DNA from: Macrostomum lignano
Taxonomy: Eukaryota
Reading direction: 5' to 3'
Assembly: GCA_002269645.1 (NCBI GenBank)
Contig: NIVC01002746.1
Location: 1-64,000 of the forward strand
Length of the DNA: 64,000 nucleotides
Translations under genes and position numbers: made by a program
In this document: one piece after another, positions 27,216 through 39,146 of the stretch
Numbering within the stretch: position 1 is the first letter of the stretch
How the letters are laid out: each line of letters opens with the position of its first letter
The notes under the pieces: model-generated
The model's database searches: none
Seen by the model: only the letters and a program-made list of their open reading frames with translations
Told to the model about the DNA's origin: nothing

Positions 27216-30200
27216 GCAGATCCCAGCACCGGTGAGGAATCGGTCCCGGACTCGAGCCCCGCAATCGCAGATCGCGTGTCGGTCTGGAACAGCCGCTCCC
27301 ATGCGGCCTTTGCCGAGCAGGCGCGCAATCCGTTCTCCTCGCGATTCGCTGCCATCGAAAGCTCTTCGTCAGCCGCGGGACGACGGCGAGATCCCGGCTA
27401 CGGAAAGCCACCGGAAGGATCTCGAACAGAGGCCAGGGGATTTGCTGCGCACGATAGGATTAGCGCCGAGATTACTGAACTGTGCGAATTGATCAAACAG
27501 ATTGGCCGGCGGGTTGTGCTCAGCGATGGGAAACAGGTGACATTTTACAGGGCGTTAATTTCGGCTTAGGATTTCAATATGGTATTGCAATTTAAATTAA
27601 GAATCGAAATTGAATGGGGGATGATTGGCGAGGGGAAGAAGTTTGGGGAGATTGGCAGATTAGGAAGAATGGGAATTCGGGAAGATTGGGGATTTGGGGA
27701 AGAATGGAGGTTAGGGAAGAATAAGGATTAGGAAAGCAAGGGGATGAGGGAAGATAGGAGATTAGCGAATAATGGGGATTAGCGAAGAAATGGTGTTTGT
27801 GGAAGAATGGGGATTAGCGAATAATGGGGATTAGCGAAGAAATGGTGCTTGTGGAAGAATGGGGATTAGCGAAAATGGGGATTAAGGAAGAATGAGGATT
27901 AGCGAATAATGGGGATTAGCGAAGAATGGTGCTTGTGGAAGAATGGGGATTAGCGAAGAATGGTGCTTGTGGAAGAATGGGGATTAGCGAAGAAATGGTG
28001 TTTGTGGAAGAATGGGGATTAGCGAATAATGGGGATTAGCGAAGAAATGGTGATTGTGGAAGAATGGGGATTAGCGAATAATGGGGATTAGCGAAGAAAT
28101 GGTGATTGTGGAAGAATGGGGATTAGCGAAGAATGGTGCTTGTGGAAGAATGGGGATTAGCGAATAATGGGGATTAGCGAAGAAATGGTGATTGTGGAAG
28201 AATGGGGATTAGCGAAGAAATGGTGTTTGTGGAAGAATGGGGATTAGCGAATAATGGGCATTAGCGAAGAAATGGTGATTGTGGAAGAATGGGCATTAGC
28301 GAAGAAATGGTGTTTGTGGAAGAATGGGGATTAGCGAATAATGGGCATTAGCGAAGAAATGGTGATTGTGGAAGAATGGGGATTAGCGAAGAAATGGTGT
28401 TTGTGGAAGAATGGGGATTAGCGAATAATGGGCATTAGCGAAGAAATGGTGATTGTGGAAGAATGGGGATTAGCGAAGAATGGTGCTTTTGGAAGAATGG
28501 GGATTAGCGAATAATGGTGCTTGTGGAAGAATGGGGATTAGCGAATAATGGTGCTTGTGGAAGAATGGGGATTAGCGAATAATGGTGCTTGTGGAAGAAT
28601 GGGGATTAGCGAATAATGGTGCTTGTGGAAGAATGGGGATTAGCGAAGAATGGTGCTTGTGGAAGAATGGGGATTAGCGAAGAATGGTGCTTGTGGAAGA
28701 ATGGGGATTAGCGAAGAATGGTGCTTGTGGAAGAATGGGGATTAGCGAATAATGGTGCTTGTGGAAGAATGGGGGTTAGCGAAGAATGGTGCTTGTGGAA
28801 GAATGGGGATTAGCGAAGAATGGTGCTTGTGGAAGAATGGGGATTAGCGAAGAATGGTGCTTGTGGAAGAATGGGGATTAGCGAAGAATGGTGCTTGTGG
28901 AAGAATGGGGATTAGCGAATAATGGTGCTTGTGGAAGAATGGGGATTAGCGAAGAATGGTGCTTGTGGAAGAATGGGGATTAGCGAAGAATGGTGCTTGT
29001 GGAAGAATGGGGATTAGCGAAGAATGGTGCTTGTGGAAGAATGGGGATTAGCGAATAATGGTGCTTGTGGAAAAATGGGGATTAGCGAATAATGGTGCTT
29101 GTGGAAGAATGGGGATTAGCGAAGAAAGGTGCTTGTGGAAGAATGGGGATTAGCGAATAATGGTGCTTGTGGAAGAATGGGGATTAGCGAATAATGGTGC
29201 TTGTGGAAGAATGGGGATTAGCGAAGAAAGGTGCTTGTGGAAGAATGGGGATTAGCGAATAATGGTGCTTGTGGAAGAATGGGGATTAGCGAAGAATGGT
29301 GCTTGTGGAAGAATGGGGATTAGCGAAGAATGGTGCTTGTGGAAGAATGGGGATTAGCGAATAATGGTGCTTGTGGAAGAATGGGGATTAGCGAATAATG
29401 GTGCTTGTGGAAGAATGGGGATTAGCGAAGAATGGTGCTTGTGGAAGAATGGGGATTAGCGAATAATGGTGCTTGTGGAAGAATGGGGATTAGCGAAGAA
29501 TGGTGCTTGTGGAAGAATGGGGATTAGCGAATAATGGTGCTTGTGGAAGAATGGGGATTAGCGAATAATGGTGCTTGTGGAAGAATGGGGATTAGCGAAT
29601 AATGGTGCTTGTGGAAGAATGGGGATTAGCGAAGAATGGTGCTTGTGGAAGAATGGGGATTAGCGAATAATGGTGCTTGTGGAAGAATGGGGATTAGCGA
29701 ATAATGGTGCTTGTGGAAGAATGGGGATTAGCGAATAATGGTGCTTGTGGAAGAATGGGGATTAGCGAAGAATGGTGCTTGTGGAAGAATGGGGATTAGC
29801 GAATAATGGTGCTTGTGGAAGAATGGGGATTAGCGAATAATGGTGCTTGTGGAAGAATGGGGATTAGCGAAGAATGGTGCTTGTGGAAGAATGGGGATTA
29901 GCGAATAATGGTGCTTGTGGAAGAATGGGGATTAGCGAATAATGGTGCTTGTGGAAGAATGGGGATTAGCGAATAATGGTGCTTGTGGAAGAATGGGGAT
30001 TAGCGAAGAATGGTGCTTGTGGAAGAATGGGGATTAGCGAATAATGGTGCTTGTGGAAGAATGGGGATTAGCGAATAATGGTGCTTGTGGAAGAATGGGG
30101 ATTAGCGAATAATGGTGCTTGTGGAAGAATGGGGATTAGCGAATAATGGTGCTTGTGGAAGAATGGGGATTAGCGAAGAATGGTGCTTGTGGAAGAATGG

Positions 30201-30591
30201 GGATTAGCGAATAATGGTGCTTGTGGAAGAATGGGGATTAGCGAAGAATGGTGCTTGTGGAAGAATGGGGATTAGGTAAGAATGCAGATTAAGAAAAATA
30301 AAAGCCAAATGCACAGCTGTCAAGTAGCGCCTCTCATCGCCTTACTAAGCAGTCCCAAACTCACCGCAGACTTGGCAGACCACATTCGGCGAGTTGTTCT
30401 CAGTGTACGAGCGAATCTCCAACAAGGTGGTGGGCGTCCTGCTGCGGGCCAGGAAGCACGGCCTGGTGGACTTCCAAGGCGAGATGCTGTTCCAAGGCCG
30501 GGACGCCGCAGTGGCTGTCACCCTGCTGAAGGATCCCACTGATGACGGTCAACTGCTGCTGAGACCGTGTGATATGCACAGGGCTGACTAA
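27216..30591 (+). CDS. ABRA: Actin-binding Rho-activating protein (STARS/Costars domain) homolog; start exon not identified
   Basis: Exons 27216-27536 and 30379 (or 30370)-30591, phase 0. NPFS..GYGKPPEGSRTEAR and TFGELFSVYERISNKVVGVLLRARKHGLVDFQGEMLFQGRD match the ABRA C-terminal signature. AATAAA at 30715-30720. Confidence 0.88.
27620..30275. repeat. 34-bp G/A-rich minisatellite filling the ABRA intron
   Basis: Unit GAAGAATGGGGATTAGCGAA(G/T)AATGGTGCTTGTG; degenerate at the 5' end, homogeneous from about 28480. Confidence 0.95.
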
Positions 30592-30740
30592 CCTACCTAG
30601 GGTCGCTAGTAGGCGTGCGACAGTATTTTACTTAGCTATTTCTGTTTTCTGTAGTTTTCGTGTCTTCATTCTCTAATGGATTTTTTGTTAAAGTTGCAAT
30701 TATTTGTATAACCAAATAAACTGCTGGGAATGACCTCCTT

Positions 30741-33055
30741 CTAGTCTTCCGTGTTTTCACTGCAAATTGTAATTTACTGCTTTCAGGTTTTTTTTTACTT
30801 CACTAGTTCACTGACTGACTGACTGACTGACTGACTGACTGACTGACTGACTGACTGACTGACTGACTGACTGACTGACTGACTGACTGACTGACTGACT
30901 GACTGACTGACTGACTGACTGACTGACTGACTGACTGACTGACTGACTGACTGACTGACTGACTGACTGACTGACTGACTGACTGACTGACTGACTGACT
31001 GACTGACTGACTGACTGACTGACTGACTGACTGACTGACTGACTGACTGACTGACTGACTGACTGACTGACTGACTGACTGACTGACTGACTGACTGACT
31101 GACTGACTGACTGACTGACTGACTGACTGACTGACTGACTGACTGACTGACTGACTGACTGACTGACTGACTGACTGACTGACTGACTGACTGACTGACT
31201 GACTGACTGACTGACTGACTGACTGACTGACTGACTGACTGACTCACTGACTGACTGACTGACTGACTGACTGACTCACTGACTGACTGACTCACTGACT
31301 GACTGACTGACTGACTGACTGACTGACTGACTGACTGACTGACTGACTGCCTGACTGACTGACTGACTGACTGACTGACTGACTGACTGACTGACTGACT
31401 GACTGACTGACTGACTGACTGACTGACTGACTGACTGACTGACTGCCTGACTGACTGACTGACTGACTGACTGACTGACTGACTGACTGACTGACTGACT
31501 GACTGACTGACTGACTGACTGACTGACTGACTGACTGACTGACTGACTGACTGACTGACTGACTGACTCACTGACTGACTGACTCACTGACTCACTGACT
31601 GACTGACTGACTGACTGACTGACTGACTGACTGACTGACTGCCTGACTGACTGACTGACTGACTGACTGACTGACTGACTGACTGACTGACTGACTGACT
31701 GACTGACTGACTGACTGACTGACTGCCTGACTGACTGACTGACTGACTGACTGACTGACTGACTGACTGACTGACTGACTGACTGACTCACTGACTGACT
31801 GACTGACTGACTGACTGACTGACTGACTGACTGACTCACTGACTGAGCTCACTTCTTGTCCTTGTTGGCAAGCAATCGCCTGTTGATTTCCATCGGCTCC
31901 GGAACCGAAGCCAGTGCTGCGGCATGATCGCCTAGCAATGGCTCAAAGCCAAAGGCGGCTCTAAAGATAAATGGAGGCATATGAACTAACATTGTCTGCT
32001 ACAGTATAGAAATATGCTTTATAAAATATACTTGATTCTCTATAAACTTTATTACTTTCATATTTTACCTGCACGGCGAGAAGCCTGTCACCGAATGTCG
32101 GCGGCTGTTGTATGCGAGTTGAACATCATTCAGCATGGAATCCCAGTTAGTTGGTTCCTCAGAATCACACCGCTTTCTCAGTAGATTAATGCACGTTTGG
32201 TTGAGGCGCTCAGTTTGACCGTTTGTCTGGAGAAAATTAGTGATCTACTCGTACTTAAAAAATGATGCACCACTGCTACATAATATCAGAAGCATAAAAC
32301 ATTACTGTTAAGGTTACCTGTGGGTGGTAAGCACTGGTCACTCTTCTTTGCGTTCCTCCGGACTGCAGCAGGGCGTCCAAGACAGAGTTGCAAAACTCGC
32401 GTCCTTGATCGCTGAGAATGACCAATGGCCAGCCAAAAAGCGCGAAGATGCTTTTTAACTCGGCTGCGATAGTCAGCGCTTTGATGTTCGGCAACGCCCG
32501 AAAAATGGCAAATTTTGTAAACTTGCAGCATACAGTCAGGATATACTTCGAAGCGTTTGATGTGGTAGTCGGCATTGTGATGCAGTCCATGCACAAAAAG
32601 CCGAAGAGGCGCTCTGCATTCCTGTGAACTTCAATCGGATGCAGCTCCTTCTGCGCTGAAGAAAACTTCTTGTTGACCATTTCGCACCTCGCACACGCCT
32701 GAACCACAGCTTTGGCAATCGGTGTTACAGGTATATCGGCATAGTACCTTGCCGTGAAAAGACTCACGGTGCTGTTCACGCCAACATGGCTCCCTTGAGA
32801 ATGAAGGCTCAAAACCTTTTCTTGCACTTCTTGCTCGGTAAACAGCACCTTGCGTCTGTCTTCGGGCCGCATGCGCTTACTGCCATCTTTATTTTTCACC
32901 ATGTAATACAATGCTCCATCGTGAATGCTAAAATTTCTGCTCTTTTCCCTGATGCGCCTCTTCAAATTGCTTTTCTCTCTCGAGTTCAAGTCGACAGGAA
33001 TTTGTGCGTAGTCGTTGTTCAGTACATAAAAGAATATTTGATTCAAAGTAGCCAT
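30741..33055 (-). CDS. Intron-containing Gypsy-type DDE integrase without RT (Ginger/GIN-like)
   Basis: Exons 33055-32318, 32226-32069, 31960-31853 and a tentative 30759-30741. GT-AG junctions restore SAYHPQ|TNGQTER and TGFSPCR|AAFGFEP. HHCC finger (H-x4-H..C-x2-C), catalytic D (LCMDC), D (LSDQG) and E 35 residues later. The last exon is uncertain; TGA at 31851-31849 ends the ORF if unspliced. Confidence 0.8.
30811..31846. repeat. (GACT)n microsatellite, about 1 kb
   Basis: Seen directly. Confidence 0.98.
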
Positions 33056-33643
33056 TTGACAAGTAGAAAGTAAAGATAACCGCAAACAGACAATTACTCA
33101 CAATATGTTTTATTTCACTGCTTATATATGACAATCAAATCCCTCGACAAATGCACAGAGACGAAAAATGATGCACAAGTCTGGCCAACCCTAAATTTAG
33201 CCCTCACAGGGCGCATGCAAATGTACGATGTACTAGATGGATGAACTCATCGAAAAAGTTGCGCAAGCTATAGGCTGCTCACGAGCTGGGCTTTCTAGAA
33301 TCAGAGAAATGTAATTTATCTCTTATCTTCCAATTTTCTAAGATAATAATACTCCGGAGAGTCTAGCATGGCGGCGATCTGTAACCTTATCTTATGTCAT
33401 GGTTCCTGATATCCGTGAGGGCGATTGTAAAATCGCGTAATTTTTTTGGTTGGATCGTCGGGCCGGAGATCCTTAACTCCGGAGAGCAGAAACCCTAACA
33501 CCGGGCTCGAGGATTCTAGGAATGCTTGTGCGTGTTTTATTCAAGTCGAAAACTTTTTAATACTTTCAGTATGAATAGCTACGCCGAGTTTGTCGCGATT
33601 AGTACGGTGATTGATTGAATAAGACTGCTTGCGCCACGGTTCA

Positions 33644-34508
33644 AGCCTAGTGGTTGTTGTAGCCTAGTGGTTGTAGCCTAGTGGTTGTTGTAGCCTAGTG
33701 GTTGTAGCCTAGTGGTTGTAGCCTAGTGGTTGTTGTAGCCTAGTGGTTGTAGCCTAGTGGTTGTAGCCTAGTGGTTGTAGCCTAGTGGTTGTAGCCTAGT
33801 GGTTGTAGCCTAGTGGTTGTAGCCTAGTGGTTGTAGCCTAGTGGTTGTAGCCTAGTGGTTGTAGCCTAGTGGTTGTAGCCTAGTGGTTGTAGCCTAGTGG
33901 TTGTTGTAGCCTAGTGGTTGTAGCCTAGTGGTTGTAGCCTAGTGGTTGTAGCCTAGTGGTTGTTGTAGCCTAGTGGTTGTAGCCTAGTGGTTGTAGCCTA
34001 GTGGTTGTAGCCTAGTGGTTGTAGCCTAGTGGTTGTAGCCTAGTGGTTGTTGTAGCCTAGTGGTTGTAGCCTAGTGGTTGTAGCCTAGTGGTTGTAGCCT
34101 AGTGGTTGTAGCCTAGTGGCTGTAGCCTAGTGGTTGTTGTAGCCTAGTGGTTGTTGTAGCCTAGTGGTTGTAGCCTAGTGGTTGTAGCCTAGTGGTTGTA
34201 GCCTAGTGGTTGTAGCCTAGTGGTTGTTGTAGCCTAGTGGTTGTTGTAGCCTAGTGGTTGTAGCCTAGTGGTTGTAGCCTAGTGGTTGTAGCCTAGTGGT
34301 TGTAGCCTAGTGGTTGTAGCCTAGTGGTTGTAGCCTAGTGGTTGTAGCCTAGTGGTTGTAGCCTAGTGGTTGTAGCCTAGTGGTTGTAGCCTAGTGGTTG
34401 TAGCCTAGTGGTTGTTGTAGCCTAGTGGTTGTAGCCTAGTGGTTGTAGCCTAGTGGTTGTAGCCTAGTGGTTGTAGCCTAGTGGTTGTAGCCTAGTGGTT
34501 GTAGCCTA
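33644..34508. repeat. 14-bp minisatellite GTAGCCTAGTGGTT (17-bp variants)
   Basis: Seen directly. Confidence 0.97.
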
Positions 34509-34569
34509 CGCATAGCCTACGTTGTTTTGTGCCTACGCATGGGGGCGCGTATTCTGAGTAGCTCATATA

Positions 34570-35146
34570 CTGTCCGTCAAAAGTTCCGGAACCCTGGCTA
34601 CGATGTCTTCTAGCGGACATAATTTCAGTCCGTTTCAATTGTAACTTGATTCAAATGAAAGCTGCGGATCTCAGCTCCATGATGTGGTCAAGAAAAAGTT
34701 TATTCGAAGGAGCGCGTGTGAACAGGGAAAAGAGGAACAGAGAAAAAAAGTGAGGAAAAGACAAACAAGCAATTGTCTATGGTTGCTGAGTCTATGGAGC
34801 AAACACACATGGGAAGGAATCGGTTTGCGCGCAGTGTTCAGCCTGGCTAACATTAGTCTATGGCCAAAACTTGTGTTGAAATCAACAGGCTCTTATGGAT
34901 TCTTGTGCAGTCAGCTTTCATGGGAGAGTCAATTGCTTGTGTGTCTTTTCCTCACTTTTTTTCTATAACCTTTATGTACATAACACTGGCCTGTTCACAC
35001 GCGCTCCTTCGAATAAACTTTTTCTTGACCACATCATGGAGCTGAGATCCACAGCTTTCATTTGAATCAAGTTACAATTGAAACGGACTGAAATTATGTC
35101 CGCTAGAAGACATCGTAGCCAGGGTTCCGGAACTTTTGACGGACAG
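34570..35146. mobile_element. 577-bp foldback MITE, Tc1/mariner-type TA target
   Basis: 157-bp TIRs (34570-34726, 34990-35146) with one mismatch seen. Flanked by TA on both sides. A second internal inverted pair lies at about 34740-34779/34928-34966. No ORF. Confidence 0.88.
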
Positions 35147-36256
35147 TATAGTTAGACCGGCATAGAGTTTTAAATCACCAATCCAAACAAAAATATTCTC
35201 ATTAAGTTGTTTGCATGAAAATTTTAATAACAACTGTAAATTAATTTTGTTTTTTATTTTTTTACAATTTATTTGTTTTATTAATTAGCGTCATTTCAAC
35301 CATTCGAATCATTCTAAGCCGTTAAAGCTACCCACCCGAACAGCGTCCATTTTTTTTGTTTTCGTATTTGTCATTTTAAGAATTCTATCGCTTAAATATT
35401 GTTTCAGACAACGGGAACTTTACCTACTACAGAGCGCATTCGCTTCATAGCGCCGACATCTGCAAGGTGTGCGGCTCGTTTGAATGTCCCTGCTGCCCAG
35501 ACTACAATGATGCCGCGACGGTTGCAGACTTCGCCTATCTGGTAGTTTTGATAGTTGTTCAACTGACTTTCGTGCTGCGAAAGTCATTTTGACTAAACTG
35601 CTTTAGCTTACTCTAGCTCGTAATAGCCATAAAATATGTAGTTTTGTCTTTATAAATGTACTTTTGAATCAGGATATTAATATCCTTCGTGCCCACAGCA
35701 CCAAGGGTAGCGTCTGCAAAACTTTTTCTGGTAGCCAAATATAGATGGTGCCACGCTGATCCATATGGGTTCATGCAGTCACAATGGGTGCAGTATCATC
35801 CATTATATCTCCAATGTAATTCCATCAGGAAAGTACATGTATTTGTTTAAAAAGATTGTCTTTAGTGAACACATTTCTAGTTGCGCCACGACCCCGAGGG
35901 TTCGATTCCGTCTGGAGGAGGTCGTTTTCGAGGTTATGAAGGCTAACCCCCCTCCCGGAAGTCTCTGATGTCCCTAATCAAGCCTCAACTGCTGAGTATC
36001 AAAGCTTAAGAAGATGTTTAATAAAACTTTATTTTAACAAGAATCGTGCTTTTCTCAGAAATTTCTCCCAAGTCAGATTTGAATTTTTGTCACGAATTCG
36101 AAAAACAATTTTTGTCGTGCCATTGTTTCTCAGCTTTGCCCGCGGTTTAATTAAATTGTTTTCTCTCAATAACGCGACACGTTAGTGTCAGTTTTACACG
36201 CAGTTTCCAGACTTTCTATTTAATTTCCGTTGGTAAAGCATTCGCTTTCCAGCTGT

Positions 36257-37415
36257 TCAATCGGAGTCGCAGAGCTGCTGGAGCTGCTCAAACTCGCTGG
36301 CGCTCAGCACTTTTGCGCTGAATGCGTAGCAGAGCATGACGCCGTTGAGGCAGTTGGCATCAACCAGCGATTGCCCCAGGCGAAGGCACTCGAACAGACT
36401 TGTCGAATAAGAGTTCGCCTCTGAGTAGGTATAGAAAACCGGAGCGATGGAGCCGTTGAAGAAGAATTGCTGATGCGCAGTTCTGTTGAATGTGAAACCA
36501 ATAGAAATCTCTTTTTGCATGCCACCGGAGGGTAGAAATGATGGCGACAATGAGAACAGCACGGCATTGTTGTTGAGCACAGCTCCGTTGTAGATGTAGT
36601 CGTTGCTTTTAGCAAAAGTGTTTCCCGTGTTTCCGTTGCACTGCTGGAATCTGTGGTAGAACTGATAGCTGAAATAAAGATTATGTAAAGTAACTGTATT
36701 TTACGGATGAACTAAACTAGAATTGCAACATGTACTTTGAAAAAAAAGTGCAATACCCAATGCCAAAAGGGTGTCTGACTCTAGTAAACGCTGAGAATTC
36801 TTGGTTCATCGATAGAAAGTTCCAGAACCCGGGAGTCTCGGTGCTCAGGTAGGAGCTTGTTTCACCAGCAAAGTGGGCACCAGCTGCATCAATTGTCACA
36901 TCGTGAGCCCTGAGACAGGACAGTCTCGGGTTGACCTCATTCTTCAGACCGCTCCGAGAGAACTTGTAGAACAGCTTCAGCTTGAGCTGTTTCACCAGGG
37001 GCTCAGAAGACTCTGCAGTGATAAATGCATAATCAATTTAAACAAAGTAAAAATTTCATTGGAGAGACGCAGAGCTGTCACGACAGCAGCCACCGAGCCG
37101 CTCACCGCAGTCTCCGCACAGCACATCGGTGTACTTGTAAGAGTCGCAGTCGCCGTCAGTCCATTGCTCGAGTTGGGAACACGCGTCTCCATGGTAACAC
37201 TGGCGGGTGGCGATGTCGAAGTGGAATGCGTTGCAGGTGCGAAGTCGGGAGCAGGCGGCGGCGCACTGCAGCTTGTTGGCCAGGCGGTGCGGCAGCGGAG
37301 AGGCGGCCGCGGTGGGGCAGCGTCGGGTCTTTGTCGCTGCGAATTTCGGCAGCACCTCGGCGCTTGAAGTCGCCGCCAGCAGGCAGCTGAGCAGCAGGAG
37401 GCAGAGCACTCTCAT
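36257..37415 (-). CDS. Secreted PAN/apple + LamG/ConA-like protein, copy A (intact, about 325 aa)
   Basis: Exons 37415-37106, 37012-36757, 36668-36257; phases 1 and 2; GT-AG. Signal peptide MRVLCLLLLSCLLAATSSA; PAN pattern LQCAAACSRLRTCNAFHF..C; LKLFYKF..AHFAG..SYL resembles LamG-like folds (domain call by eye). Confidence 0.8.
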
Positions 37416-38793
37416 TTGAATTTGTGGCTTCCAGCTCAGTTTGTGCCAGTACAAAAATTATTACCATGTGGCTTATAAGTTTAGTCAAGATAGGTTGTAT
37501 CGATTTGAATTTAGCAATTATTTATTTAGCTGGCCCTGCTTTTATTGGTTGTCCAGTCAGCCAAGAGAATTTCAAAGGCTTCGTTTAAGATTAAATGGGC
37601 GCACCAGCTATTCGTCTGAATTGTTTTGTCACGTGCTTGACTGAGTTTTAATGTGCATTCATGTATTCAGTGTGACTTTGACATTGATTGATTCTTACAT
37701 GTACCATGAAGTGAGTCTTGAACAAGAAACGAAACCTGAGCCTGTGCTTCAGACTAGAGATTTTTACGGGCAATTAAGGGGTAGGAGAGGTTCACCCTGA
37801 CAATTTTTAGTCTGCGACGGAACAGAGTATCGCAAGCGCACGAAATTTAAGAAGACGCGTGCTACTCTTTGATGCGCAAACTTGTTGCTCAACCAAGAAT
37901 CAAGTCCCCAGCCCTTCCGACCGTCTAGATATTCAACGATTCTGCCAGAAGGTCAAATACCTTGACAAGCCTCCTAACTTCATCATCACGTCGACCGAAT
38001 GTGCAGCCTGCATCAGCTCTGACTTTATTGGTCACTGGCCCTCAACCAGGTAGAGCTTCTGGACCTTTAACAGGTGCGGCACCAGGTGACTATGGACAAC
38101 CTGTTGCGAGTTTCTCTATAGTTTCGTTGATCAAGCCTCCACAGTAGACAAACCTCAACTGGTGGTCATCCTCTGAAAATCTTGCTCACCATGGACTTAT
38201 CGTCGACCGTCAGCAGCGTCTGGCTTGAGACCGAGAGACGGTTAGAAAAATCCGTTTAATAGCTTAGAGTCATATCTAAAGTGAAGAAAATCTTTGAATA
38301 ACGTTTAAAATAGTTAACTTTTTATTTATTAGAAATATCATTAATTTTAAATATTCCTTACTGTTCAAATAAAAATTGTGAGTTTCACAATGTTGCTAGG
38401 AGAGTGCAAGTGCTTACAGTACTTCTCATTGTTAATTTTTCCTGGCTGATATACAAAAAATAATTTTAGTGTTTAATTACTAATTTTAGTGTTTTAATCA
38501 TAATAAATTGATTCAGATATTTAATTAGATAAGAAGAATGGGTGTAAGCAGGCATTATCGACTCTGCATGGTTTAACAAAATATAGTCGTAGTGCAACGA
38601 CAGATTATAGTTAAAATAATTTTTAGAAAAGCAGAGATATTAACTTCTACTTGAGTACTACGAAGAAATAGTAGTACTCAGGTTAGTATAGTAGTAATAG
38701 TAGTACTACTACCATTTCTAATGGTAGTTGGATGTTAAAATGTAAAAAAAATATTCGTTTCACTTGAGTTAACCGTGGTGCTTCATCTGTGAT

Positions 38794-39146
38794 TTAGCTA
38801 CTGCTGAGCCAGTAGTTAGTGCAGAGCTGATCCAGATGCTGAAACTCGCTCAGGTTCAGCGCTTTATCGCTGAACCCGAAGCAGTGCATCGTGCCGTTGA
38901 GGTTCTGGCTACCAGATCCAGCCTTGCCCAGAGTTAGACATTCGAAGAAACGAGAGTACATGGACAAATCATTTCCTGATGTCATCGCTTGAACATGGTC
39001 CACAAATGCAGTTGAGCCTTTTGAATAAAAGTGCGATGGTGCAACACGTTAAAGCATATCCAGCTGTGATGGTCGCTCGCCTCCCATCGGTAGGCAAAAC
39101 TGCGGCCGAGTGGCCGATTAGTCCAGTAATCGATGATTCGGTTTTC
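38794..39146 (-). pseudogene. Orphan, frameshifted exon 3 of the PAN-LamG family
   Basis: VLPTDG..AGYAL in one frame, FECLTLG..LNGTMHC..LDQLC in another. Upstream exons are absent. Near-identical to 45805-46146. Confidence 0.75.

Noticed and set aside
13714-31846. Repetitive ORFs (SLSDNQ, SVSQ, VCLS etc.) and CRISPR-like appearance of the arrays
   Set aside because: These are head-to-tail units with no unique spacers and no cas genes, lying inside eukaryotic introns or flanks.
35899-35910. B-box-like GGTTCGATTCC
   Set aside because: No A-box or cloverleaf could be built, so no tRNA was called.
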